Assembly (NCBI GenBank): GCA_038887295.1
Contig: JAWAKW010000001.1
Coordinates: 11,967 to 75,966 of the forward strand
Direction of reading: 5' to 3'
DNA: 64,000 nucleotides
Origin: Candidatus Anstonellaceae archaeon
GTDB lineage: Archaea > Micrarchaeota > Micrarchaeia > Anstonellales > Anstonellaceae
Within the stretch, counting starts at the first letter, position 1. Each line of letters starts with the position of its first letter. Shown here piece by piece: positions 38,367 to 46,610 of the stretch. The notes below the pieces were generated by a model. The model was not told the origin of the DNA. It did no database searches and saw only the letters and a list, made by a program, of their open reading frames with translations. Position numbers and translations under genes: made by a program.

Positions 38367-38491
38367 AAAGCCTCACCTTGCTGTTGGTTTGTTCTCGTTC
38401 AAATTTAAAAAGCTTTAGCCGCGTTGGCGCAAAATGTGCGCCAGCTGTAGAGATTTAATTTTTACCTCCTTTAAAGCATGGGGTGTTTGCA

Positions 38492-39256
38492 ATGATAGCA
38501 AATGAAGTCCACCTTGGCAAAATTGTACAAAATGGCCGTGTGCTGATATTGGCGATGGACCAGGGCATGGAGCACGGTCCTTCAGATTTCGACAAGCGTA
38601 ATATAAATCCCGAATATGTCTGTGAAATTGCTGCAAAAGGGGGATTTACAGGGTTTGCGGTGCAAAAGGGCATAGCCAAGCATTACAAGGAAAACTACTC
38701 TGGCAAGGTGCCGCTTGTATTGAAGTTGAACGGCAAGACCAACATTGTGCCGAAAGATGAAGCATATTCCCCTCCTGTTGCAAGCGTGAAAGAGGCGGTT
38801 GAGCTTGGGGCGGATGCAATTGGATATACTATTTATGTGGGCTCGCCCATGGAGGCGCAAATGTTCCGCGAGTTTGGGGCAATTGAGCGCGAAGCGCATG
38901 ATTTTGGTCTTGCTTGCGTAGTTTGGGCCTATCCGCGCGGAAAATATGTAAAAGATGAAAAAGCAGGTGACGTGGTTGCATACGCCGCGCGGGTTGCACT
39001 GGAGCTTGGGGCGGATATTGTAAAGGTAAACTACCCAGGCTCTGTTGAAGCTATGAAGTGGGTGGTTGCGTCTGCAGGAAAATGCAAAGTGATTTCAGCA
39101 GGTGGAAGTAAGCAGCCTGAGGCAGAGTTCCTCCAAAAAGTCAGGGACATAATGTCTGCTGGTGCAGTGGGACTGGCAGTTGGAAGGAATGTATGGCAGC
39201 ACGATGAACCATTAAGGATGGCAAAGGAGATAAGGAAGATAGTGTTTGGGGAATGA
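38492..39256 (+). CDS. fba: Class I (DhnA-type) fructose-bisphosphate aldolase
   Basis: LAMDQGMEHGP, LKLNGKT, GYTIYVGS, WAYPRG, ADIVKVNY, AVGRNVWQ. Confidence 0.93.
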   Translation: MIANEVHLGKIVQNGRVLILAMDQGMEHGPSDFDKRNINPEYVCEIAAKGGFTGFAVQKGIAKHYKENYSGKVPLVLKLNGKTNIVPKDEAYSPPVASVKEAVELGADAIGYTIYVGSPMEAQMFREFGAIEREAHDFGLACVVWAYPRGKYVKDEKAGDVVAYAARVALELGADIVKVNYPGSVEAMKWVVASAGKCKVISAGGSKQPEAEFLQKVRDIMSAGAVGLAVGRNVWQHDEPLRMAKEIRKIVFGE

Positions 39257-39260
39257 TTGG

Positions 39261-40181
39261 ATGGAAGAGCTGACGCTGCAGCAGCACCTTGAAAAGGAAG
39301 GAGTAAGCAAAAATCTTGCAAGCCTTATTTCTTCCTTTGCATACATTTCCCTTGATGCCCAGCACCATTTCCCAAAATACATTCGCGGCACACTAGGGGA
39401 CCGCAACAAGTACGGTGAGGCTGTTGCAAAGCTTGATGCTTGGGTAAACGGCTACCTTTGCGACAGCCTGGTGAAAACAGGGCTGGTGTCCAAAATCTAC
39501 TCCGAAGAGCTGAAAGAGCCCATCATTGCAACCGCAAGCAGCCATGCAGAATTCGTGGTCACATTGGACCCCCTTGACGGTTCTTCTAACATAATCACCA
39601 ACAATGCATTCGGCTCGATTGTGGGTGTTTACCGGGGGGACTTGCCTCAGCCAGGAAAGAATTTGGTGGCTGCGTTCTACAAGCTTTATGGTCCTGTAAA
39701 TACGCTTGTATATACTGTTGGCAAGGGCACGCACGAGTTTGTTAAGCATTATGACTCTGAAGGGAAAGCTACTTTTTTCCTTTTGGCAGAAAACTTGAAG
39801 ATGCCGCAGCCGGGAGAGGTGTTTGGGATTGGCGGTGACCCTTTGGATTGGAGCCCCCAATTTCTGAAATTTGCAAAGGATTTGTTTAGGGTGGAGAAGC
39901 TAAAGGTGCGCTACTGCGGAACCTTGGTTGCTGATTTCTCCCAAATACTTCACAGGGGAGGGATGTTTGCATATCCTTCCTCAAAGAAGAGCCCGTCTGG
40001 CAAACTGAGGCTTTTTTACGAAGCTCAGCCGCTTGCATTCATCTGCGAGCAGGCAGGGGGGGCAAGCTGGTCTGGCAAAGAGTCTCTTCTTGAGGTGCAC
40101 CAAGAGGACGTGGATGCAAGAACACCTGTGTATTTTGGCAACAGATACCTGATTGACAAACTGAAGGAATGCTGCCCTTAA
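39261..40181 (+). CDS. fbp: Fructose-1,6-bisphosphatase class I
   Basis: NKYGE...LD, SEE, DPLDGSSN, RYCGTLVAD, GKLRLFYE, EQAGG. Confidence 0.95.
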   Translation: MEELTLQQHLEKEGVSKNLASLISSFAYISLDAQHHFPKYIRGTLGDRNKYGEAVAKLDAWVNGYLCDSLVKTGLVSKIYSEELKEPIIATASSHAEFVVTLDPLDGSSNIITNNAFGSIVGVYRGDLPQPGKNLVAAFYKLYGPVNTLVYTVGKGTHEFVKHYDSEGKATFFLLAENLKMPQPGEVFGIGGDPLDWSPQFLKFAKDLFRVEKLKVRYCGTLVADFSQILHRGGMFAYPSSKKSPSGKLRLFYEAQPLAFICEQAGGASWSGKESLLEVHQEDVDARTPVYFGNRYLIDKLKECCP

Positions 40182-41365
40182 GGCTGAACCCATTCAATTT
40201 CGTAATATTCGTACTCTGAGCCTGGTATTTCTATCCTTTTTACTGCATAGTATGTGACTGCTGTTTCCCTGTCGCAAATTGCCAAAAGAAGCTCCAGTCC
40301 AATTCTTTTGCACTGTTGGATGGCATCTGCAAGCTCCTCTCCTCCGATGTACTCTTCCTCTGAAAGCGAAAACATAAGGTATTTTGGCTTGCCGGTTTTT
40401 GGATTCTCTATCCCGCCGCCTTTTCTGTGGTATAACAGGAAGTCTAAGTTGGTGCAAAATTCGTCTTTCTTGGCAGTCTGCTGATTTTTCTTTGGCGCAC
40501 CTGGAATTGCAAGCACAAATGTCTTTTTGACAGAGTGTGCAACACGGATTGCACGCGCCCACTCTGAAATCAAAAGCTTGGAAGCGCGCGGGAAACAGTG
40601 GATCACGTGCTTGCTGTGGATCCACTCCTGACTTGGGCGTACAGGAGATGCACCTGGAAAATAGAGGCGGAAGTGCGTACCGAACTTGAAGCCCGTCTTC
40701 AGCACAAAGCCGTTCAGCCTCCAGTCCTCATACACTTCGTACATCTCGCTGAAATATTTGTGGCGCTTCTTTGCAGCCTTAATTACCTCTTCCACAGTTG
40801 CATTAGTAAGCTTCATTTGCGCATGCCGCATCAGGAAAAGAGTTTCGTATACGTCAAGCTTGGAAAGCTTGCCCCTCTGCTCTGCTTTGTATGAGCCAAA
40901 TTGCCCAAACCAGTATCTTTCATAAAGCTCCTTGCCTACTGCCTCATCGTCGATTATAGCCCACAAATCAGCCGGGTAAAATGTTGCCTGGATTGAATAC
41001 TTGTCTAATATTAGTTTCCCTGCCGGATATTTTTTTGATGTGTTCCTATCATATTTTTCGCAAATTTCAGAAACCTGCCTTGCAATCAGCCCACGGTCCC
41101 TCCAATCTTTGTATGTAAAGTAGCGGGCCATCTGCTTTTTTGAGTTGAAATGGCTTGCCAGCTCATTGAATTTGTATTCGTTGAGGGCAGGGTCAAAACA
41201 CCTTGCATTGCGGATGTCCATAAGGTAGAGAGCTTCCTCCAAAAAGAGGTGGATTGTGCCTTTTTTCATGTAGCCGTAATGCCCATTCACAAGGGAAGAA
41301 ACCGCCTCTGGCTGCGAAACCATAAGTGCCTTTTTCTTCGGGTCAAAAATGATTTGCATCCCCAT
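40178..41365 (-). CDS. endA: tRNA splicing endonuclease, three-unit epsilon type
   Basis: About 395 aa; two N-type subdomains (LEEALYL; VYETLFL); GFKFGTHFRLY..H..RVAHSVKK triad; GSYK specificity loop; C-terminal DRETAVTYY..EWVQP. Confidence 0.93.
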   Translation of the reverse strand: MGMQIIFDPKKKALMVSQPEAVSSLVNGHYGYMKKGTIHLFLEEALYLMDIRNARCFDPALNEYKFNELASHFNSKKQMARYFTYKDWRDRGLIARQVSEICEKYDRNTSKKYPAGKLILDKYSIQATFYPADLWAIIDDEAVGKELYERYWFGQFGSYKAEQRGKLSKLDVYETLFLMRHAQMKLTNATVEEVIKAAKKRHKYFSEMYEVYEDWRLNGFVLKTGFKFGTHFRLYFPGASPVRPSQEWIHSKHVIHCFPRASKLLISEWARAIRVAHSVKKTFVLAIPGAPKKNQQTAKKDEFCTNLDFLLYHRKGGGIENPKTGKPKYLMFSLSEEEYIGGEELADAIQQCKRIGLELLLAICDRETAVTYYAVKRIEIPGSEYEYYEIEWVQP

Positions 41366-41460
41366 TTTATTGCCCTCCCGCCTGCTTAGAAAAAAATGCT
41401 TGCGGAAAGCCTGCGCAACAAAAAGATGGAACGGATGCTTTAAATAACAAGAGGGATAGA

Positions 41461-42513
41461 ATGCGACTGATGGGGAGGGCAAAGGCAGGGCAAGGCAAGC
41501 ATTATGCAAGAGTGCGCAGTCAAAACAAGAGCATCCCTGATGATGTTTTGAAACTCCTTTTGAGGCAAAAATACCATATTGCAGGCGAGCATTCTGCTGC
41601 AAAGATATGCCACTGGGCACACTCTACCCTGATTGGAGGGATTGGCTGCTACAAAAATAAGTTTTACGGGATTGCTTCCCATCGCTGCCTGCAATGCACG
41701 CCTTCTCTGTTGTTCTGCAACCACGCCTGCGTTTTTTGCTGGAGGGTAATGCCTGAAAAAAGCCTCGCATTTGAGGATATGCCTAAAGATGGCTTCAAGT
41801 GGGATGAGCCAAAAAAGATTGCAGATTTGCTGCTGAAAGCCCAGCAGGAGATCATTTCAGGCTATGGTGGCAATCCAAAGGTAAGCAGGCAAAGATACCA
41901 GGAAGCCCTCCAGCCTGCGCATGTTGCGCTTTCACTGACTGGTGAGCCAACCATTTACCCTTACATTGGAGAGCTGATTGAAGAATTTCACCGCAGGAAT
42001 ATGACCACCTTCCTTGTGACAAATGGGACCTTTCCGGAAAGAATTGCAAAACTTGAAGAACTGCCTACGCAGCTTTATGTTTCTATGGTCGCGCCCAATC
42101 TGGAGGTTTACAAAAAAGCAATCCGCCCAAAAAGCCCGGCTCTTTGGGGGAAATATTTGCAGACCCTCCGCCTTTTGCCACAAATTGGGGAAAGGACTCG
42201 GACTGTGCTTAGAATGACGCTCACCAGGGGGGTAAATGACTTTGACTGGGAGGGATATGCTAAGCAAATCTTGGATGCTGTGCCGCATTATGTGGAAGTG
42301 AAAAGCATGGTTTTTGTAGGTGGGGCGAGGCTGCCGCAGCGAGGGCTTTCCCTAAAAAGCATGCTTGCAATACAGGAAATAGAAGAAATTGCAAAAAAGC
42401 TTGCAGGTTTAACAGGGTATCGCATAGCAGACCGTCATGAGCTTTCCAGGGTGGTGCTGCTTTGCAGGGACGAAGAAACAGAAAAGAAGCGGATGATTCT
42501 GTGGAGAAGATAA
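41461..42513 (+). CDS. taw1: 4-demethylwyosine synthase Taw1/TYW1 (radical SAM)
   Basis: HSAAKICHW, CYKNKFYGIASHRC, CNHACVFCWR, ALSLTGEP, FLVTNG, SRVVLL. Confidence 0.96.
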   Translation: MRLMGRAKAGQGKHYARVRSQNKSIPDDVLKLLLRQKYHIAGEHSAAKICHWAHSTLIGGIGCYKNKFYGIASHRCLQCTPSLLFCNHACVFCWRVMPEKSLAFEDMPKDGFKWDEPKKIADLLLKAQQEIISGYGGNPKVSRQRYQEALQPAHVALSLTGEPTIYPYIGELIEEFHRRNMTTFLVTNGTFPERIAKLEELPTQLYVSMVAPNLEVYKKAIRPKSPALWGKYLQTLRLLPQIGERTRTVLRMTLTRGVNDFDWEGYAKQILDAVPHYVEVKSMVFVGGARLPQRGLSLKSMLAIQEIEEIAKKLAGLTGYRIADRHELSRVVLLCRDEETEKKRMILWRR

Positions 42514-43115
42514 AGGCAGTGATATTTGACATTGATGGAGTATTGGTGGATTCCAGGAAGGCAGTGGTGCACAACACGCTGCAGCTGATGAGGGAATTTG
42601 GCTTTGACGTCCCAAAAGAAAAAGTAAACACTATGTCCAGTGCACACAGCGCAGAAACCGTTTTGGTCACTCTTGTCCCATCTCTGCGCAGAAAAAGGAG
42701 CCTTTTAAAAAAGATGCTTTTGCGGCTGTCTGAATTGACCAGGGAAAACCTCCATATGATAAAGCCTTTATTTATGATAAGGCGGATACAGAAGCTTTCG
42801 GAAAAATATTTGCTTGCCATTGCCACTAATAGAAAAAGGAGTGCGAAGCTTATTTTACAAAAATTCAAGGTGGAACAATACTTTTCATGTGTGATGACCA
42901 GTGCGGATGCTGCGCCAAAGCCTAGCCCGCAAATGCTAATTTCTGCACTAAAAGCGCTCCAAGTGAAGCCCAATGAAGCCCTTTTTGTTGGTGACAACAA
43001 GGAGGATGCCCTTGCTGCAAAAAGGGCAACAGTGAAATTTTTGCTTTTGGATGGCAAAAACCGTGCTTCTTGCCAGAAATTTGTTCTGAGCCTTATGAAA
43101 GGGGAACCACTATGA
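42501..43115 (+). CDS. HAD-superfamily hydrolase
   Basis: FDIDGVLVDS, ATN, KPSP, FVGDNKED. Confidence 0.92.
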   Translation: MEKIKAVIFDIDGVLVDSRKAVVHNTLQLMREFGFDVPKEKVNTMSSAHSAETVLVTLVPSLRRKRSLLKKMLLRLSELTRENLHMIKPLFMIRRIQKLSEKYLLAIATNRKRSAKLILQKFKVEQYFSCVMTSADAAPKPSPQMLISALKALQVKPNEALFVGDNKEDALAAKRATVKFLLLDGKNRASCQKFVLSLMKGEPL

Positions 43116-43476
43116 TTTTGCCTTTTTTGTTTTTGACCAAGAAGTCAAAGGATGGCGCAGAGTATTCTACTTCCACTTGGCAGGAAGAGCTTGCCCAGGC
43201 ATAAAATTTCCCTGATGAAAAATTGTAAGCAGTGCCGTTTGAACTTATTGTTGCCTGCATCCCCTGAAGGCGCACTTCTCTTATGTTTCCGTCACCAAGA
43301 ATGCATGCTTCATGAATTGCTGAAGATAACGCCGCAAATGAGCTTTTTGCAAGCTCCAACCGCGCTCTTTCGGAGGCTTTTTCCTGGAACTTGGAAAGTG
43401 CCACGTAGGAGATGCCAAGAAGTGTGATAAACAAGAGGAATACGATAAGGGTTTCTAGGGAAAGCTGAGCTTTCAC
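43093..43476 (-). CDS. Class III signal peptide (type IV pilin-like) protein
   Basis: KA|QLSLE followed by a hydrophobic helix. Confidence 0.85.
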   Translation of the reverse strand: MKAQLSLETLIVFLLFITLLGISYVALSKFQEKASERARLELAKSSFAALSSAIHEACILGDGNIREVRLQGMQATISSNGTAYNFSSGKFYAWASSSCQVEVEYSAPSFDFLVKNKKGKIIVVPLS

Positions 43477-43491
43477 AGCTACCAGGCCTTT

Positions 43492-43734
43492 TTAGCCGCA
43501 TTTATTGGTGATGGTGTTGCATATTCCACTTGCGCAATCAGAGTCTGAAACGCAGTACGCTCCGCTTGCCCCTTTGAAAGTGGTGTCGGAGGTATTGAAG
43601 ACCGCGTCTGCTTTCTGCTCGACTTTTTCTGCTGCTTTGTTTGCAGAGCGGACTAGGACAGAAGCGGCCAGTACTGCCACACCTAAAATCACAACTAGCA
43701 CAATCAGCATCTCAGCCGAAAGCTGGGCTTTCAT
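43492..43734 (-). CDS. Small type IV pilin-like protein with a C-terminal 4-Cys module
   Basis: KA|QLSAE + hydrophobic helix; GAYCVSDSDCASGICNTITNKC; GGAGGTGA RBS. Confidence 0.85.
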   Translation of the reverse strand: MKAQLSAEMLIVLVVILGVAVLAASVLVRSANKAAEKVEQKADAVFNTSDTTFKGASGAYCVSDSDCASGICNTITNKCG

Positions 43735-43823
43735 TCCTTCACCTCCCAAATAAAATTGCGCATCTGGATGTTAAAAAGGATGATGATGCTGTTTAATAAA
43801 TAGATTGGAAAAAAGGCAAAGAT

Positions 43824-45809
43824 GTGAAGCTTGTTATTTGCGAAAAGCCAAATGCTGCTGAAAAGGTAGCATATGCGCTTGGAAAACCACGACTGAAAAA
43901 GTACGGATCAGTTAAATATTGGGAGGTGGAAAACGAAGGGCAGCACATAGTAGTGGTTCCTGCGGTTGGGCACCTTTATGGGCTCAAGCAAAAAGGGACT
44001 GGATGGACTTATCCTGTCTTTGATGTTGAATGGGCGCCAAATTATACGATTGAAAAGGAGGCAGCATACCAGAAGTCATATTTGGATGCAATTAGCAAGC
44101 TTTCTGAAGGGGCAGATGAGTGCGTGTGCGCCTGCGATTATGATACTGAAGGCAGCCTGATAGGTTACAACATAATTAGGTTTGCCTGCAAGCCAACCAG
44201 CACCAGCAGGATGAAATTCTCCACCCTTACACAAGATGAGCTGAAGACTGCCTGGCAAGAAAGAGGGAGGCTGGATTTGGAAAATGCGCTGGCAGGGGAA
44301 GCCCGCCATATCCTGGACTGGTATTATGGCATAAATCTAAGTCGGGCGCTGATGTCTTCGATAAGAAAGGCGGGTGCCCGTCAGGTTATGAGCATAGGGA
44401 GAGTGCAGGGGCCTGCTCTTGCAATACTTGCAAAAAGGGAGAAGGAAATCGCCTCATTTGATCCTACCCCTTACTGGGAGGTGTGGTGCGAGGCAAAGGG
44501 GGCCAGATTCCAAAATCTCCATGGACGCTATCAGACAAAGGAGCAAGCCCAGCAGGCGGTTGCAAATTCTTCTGAAAAAGGGATAGTGAAGAGCGTGGTT
44601 CGCAAGGAACGTCGCTTGCCTCCTTCGCCCCCTTTTGACTTGACTGACTTGCAAATTGAGGCACACCGGGTATTTGGGTTTGACCCAAAAACTACATTGG
44701 ACATTGCCCAGTCTCTTTATGAAAATGCGCTGATTTCTTATCCTCGGACAAGCTCGCAAAAGCTTCCTTCCAAGCTTAATCTGAAAGGGATATTGTACAA
44801 ACTTTCTTCCCAGACAGAATATGCATTTGCAGGCAAGCTTGTTGAGCAAGGGAGAACAAAGCCGCAGGAAGGCAAAAAAACCGACCCTGCGCATCCGGCA
44901 ATCCATCCAACTGGGGAGGCCCCAGCAAAGCTGGATGAAAGACAGGCAAAGCTTTATGATTTGATTGTACGGCGCTTTTTGTCTGCTTTTTGCGAGCCTG
45001 CGGTAAGAGAAATGCAAAAAGTGGTGATAGCTGCAGGCAAAGAAGAATATGGCGCAAGCGGAGCAAGGACGAAAAAACCTGGGTGGCTTGAAATTTACAA
45101 ATATGCAAAGTTTGAAGAGCAGGAGCTGCCTGAGTTTAAGGAAGGAGAGGAGGTGCAGCTTAAGTTCAAGATAGAAGAAAAGACCACCCAGCCGCCAAAG
45201 CGCTACACCTCTGCGTCGCTGATAGCTGAGCTTGAAAGGAGGGGGCTTGGGACCAAAGCCACCCGCGCCACCATTATTGAAACGCTTTTCAAGAGGGGCT
45301 ATGTTGAGGGCAAAAGCATAAAGGTGACTCCTTTTGGTATGGCGGTCTATGAGCTGTTGCAAAAAATTGCACCACAAATATTGGATGAACAGCTTACAAG
45401 GCAAATAGAGGAGGAGATGGAGAAAATAAAGGATGGTGAAAATGAAAAAAAGGCGATAGAAAAAGGGAAAGCACTTCTTGAGCAGATACTCTCAAGGTTT
45501 GAAGGACAAGAAAGCAAAATCGGCAAAGAGCTGTTTGTGGGGCTAAAAACCAAAAACGACCAGGAAAGCCTGCTTGGGAAATGCCCGATGTGCAAACAAG
45601 GGAATTTGAGGATAATCCGCCTCAAAGACGACAGGCAGTTTGTCGGATGTACTGCATACCCTGCATGCACTGCAACTTACAGTCTGCCGAATGTAAAAGT
45701 AGTGCCTGCAGGTAAAAATTGCCCTGTTTGCGGCACGCCTATGATACGCGGAAAAGGGAGGGGAAGGTTTTTTGAGGTGTGCCTAAATCCAAAGTGCAAA
45801 GCACAGTAG
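43824..45809 (+). CDS. topA: DNA topoisomerase I (type IA)
   Basis: CEKP, GHL, DYDTEG, SIGRVQ, ISYPRT, AHPAIHP, GLGTKATR; C-terminal Zn ribbons. Confidence 0.97.
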   Translation: MKLVICEKPNAAEKVAYALGKPRLKKYGSVKYWEVENEGQHIVVVPAVGHLYGLKQKGTGWTYPVFDVEWAPNYTIEKEAAYQKSYLDAISKLSEGADECVCACDYDTEGSLIGYNIIRFACKPTSTSRMKFSTLTQDELKTAWQERGRLDLENALAGEARHILDWYYGINLSRALMSSIRKAGARQVMSIGRVQGPALAILAKREKEIASFDPTPYWEVWCEAKGARFQNLHGRYQTKEQAQQAVANSSEKGIVKSVVRKERRLPPSPPFDLTDLQIEAHRVFGFDPKTTLDIAQSLYENALISYPRTSSQKLPSKLNLKGILYKLSSQTEYAFAGKLVEQGRTKPQEGKKTDPAHPAIHPTGEAPAKLDERQAKLYDLIVRRFLSAFCEPAVREMQKVVIAAGKEEYGASGARTKKPGWLEIYKYAKFEEQELPEFKEGEEVQLKFKIEEKTTQPPKRYTSASLIAELERRGLGTKATRATIIETLFKRGYVEGKSIKVTPFGMAVYELLQKIAPQILDEQLTRQIEEEMEKIKDGENEKKAIEKGKALLEQILSRFEGQESKIGKELFVGLKTKNDQESLLGKCPMCKQGNLRIIRLKDDRQFVGCTAYPACTATYSLPNVKVVPAGKNCPVCGTPMIRGKGRGRFFEVCLNPKCKAQ

Positions 45810-46610
45810 CTATGCCTGCTTCAAAATTGATTTTATTGCAGAAAACAACCCCTTTCTGATTTCAAACGTCTGCGCCTGTGGAAGTTTTGCTATTGCCCTT
45901 GAAACTGCCAGCTTTTTCAGCCCTTCTTCCACCCTGCCAGGCGCAATTTGGTGGTGCTTTGAAAATTCAGCGACTGAGAATTTCCCTTTATGGACTTCTA
46001 TCCACTCCAATATCAGCTCGGAAAGCACCTCGTCAGAAACGCTTTCAAGAGCAAAGATTCTTGCTTGCAAAGCCTCTATTTTGCGCTGCTGCTGAATGGC
46101 AGCTATTGCGTCCTTTTCCCTTTGTTTTTGCAGACTTGCCAGCTTTTCTGAAAGTTCCCTGCAATCATCTTGGCACTGCTTCAGCCTGACTGAAAGAGCG
46201 GCTGCTTCTTGGGGCAAAACCAAGCAAGACTCATAAGCAAAGAGGATGACTGCTGCAATCTCTTTTGAATCCACTTGCAAGCCTTGGAAGAGGGAGAGGA
46301 CCCGAAGTAAAAGAAGGCATGCTTGAAGATGTCTTTGCGGTTGGCTTGCTTTTTCTTGGTATGAGTACCAAAGCTGAAGCTTGCCTTCGGAAATTTTTAT
46401 TCTTGTAAAAAGGACGGGCTTGCCTGTAAAGTCTTTGGCATCCACCCTTGTAAGGTCAATTGAATTTTTGCTGATAGAGGTTTTGTCAAAGCCCAGCTTT
46501 GCAAGCTGCAAGGCAACTTTGTGAAGATTTTTTGGCTTGCCTGTAGTAATTGAAAAATGCGCTACGTTTTGGGCTTTGCCCTGAATGAAATGCCCCAACC
46601 TCATTTTCAT
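45810..46610 (-). CDS. Hypothetical protein: alpha/beta domain + coiled coil + C-terminal winged helix
   Basis: ATGA-coupled to the ATPase; ILEWI..HKG.FSV.EFSK...I...RVEE.L..L pattern. Confidence 0.75.
   Translation of the reverse strand: MKMRLGHFIQGKAQNVAHFSITTGKPKNLHKVALQLAKLGFDKTSISKNSIDLTRVDAKDFTGKPVLFTRIKISEGKLQLWYSYQEKASQPQRHLQACLLLLRVLSLFQGLQVDSKEIAAVILFAYESCLVLPQEAAALSVRLKQCQDDCRELSEKLASLQKQREKDAIAAIQQQRKIEALQARIFALESVSDEVLSELILEWIEVHKGKFSVAEFSKHHQIAPGRVEEGLKKLAVSRAIAKLPQAQTFEIRKGLFSAIKSILKQA

Noticed and set aside
41366..41620. Long N-terminal extensions on endA (also rfcL to 51557, pgk to 32957, helicase to 18255, dph5 to 23943)
   Set aside because: Longest-ORF artefacts that run into divergent genes; family similarity starts at downstream codons
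44454..45404. 316-aa antisense ORF (likewise 52952-53836, 42260-43057, 857-1480, 62288-62869)
   Set aside because: Shadow frames of well-supported genes, with no motifs
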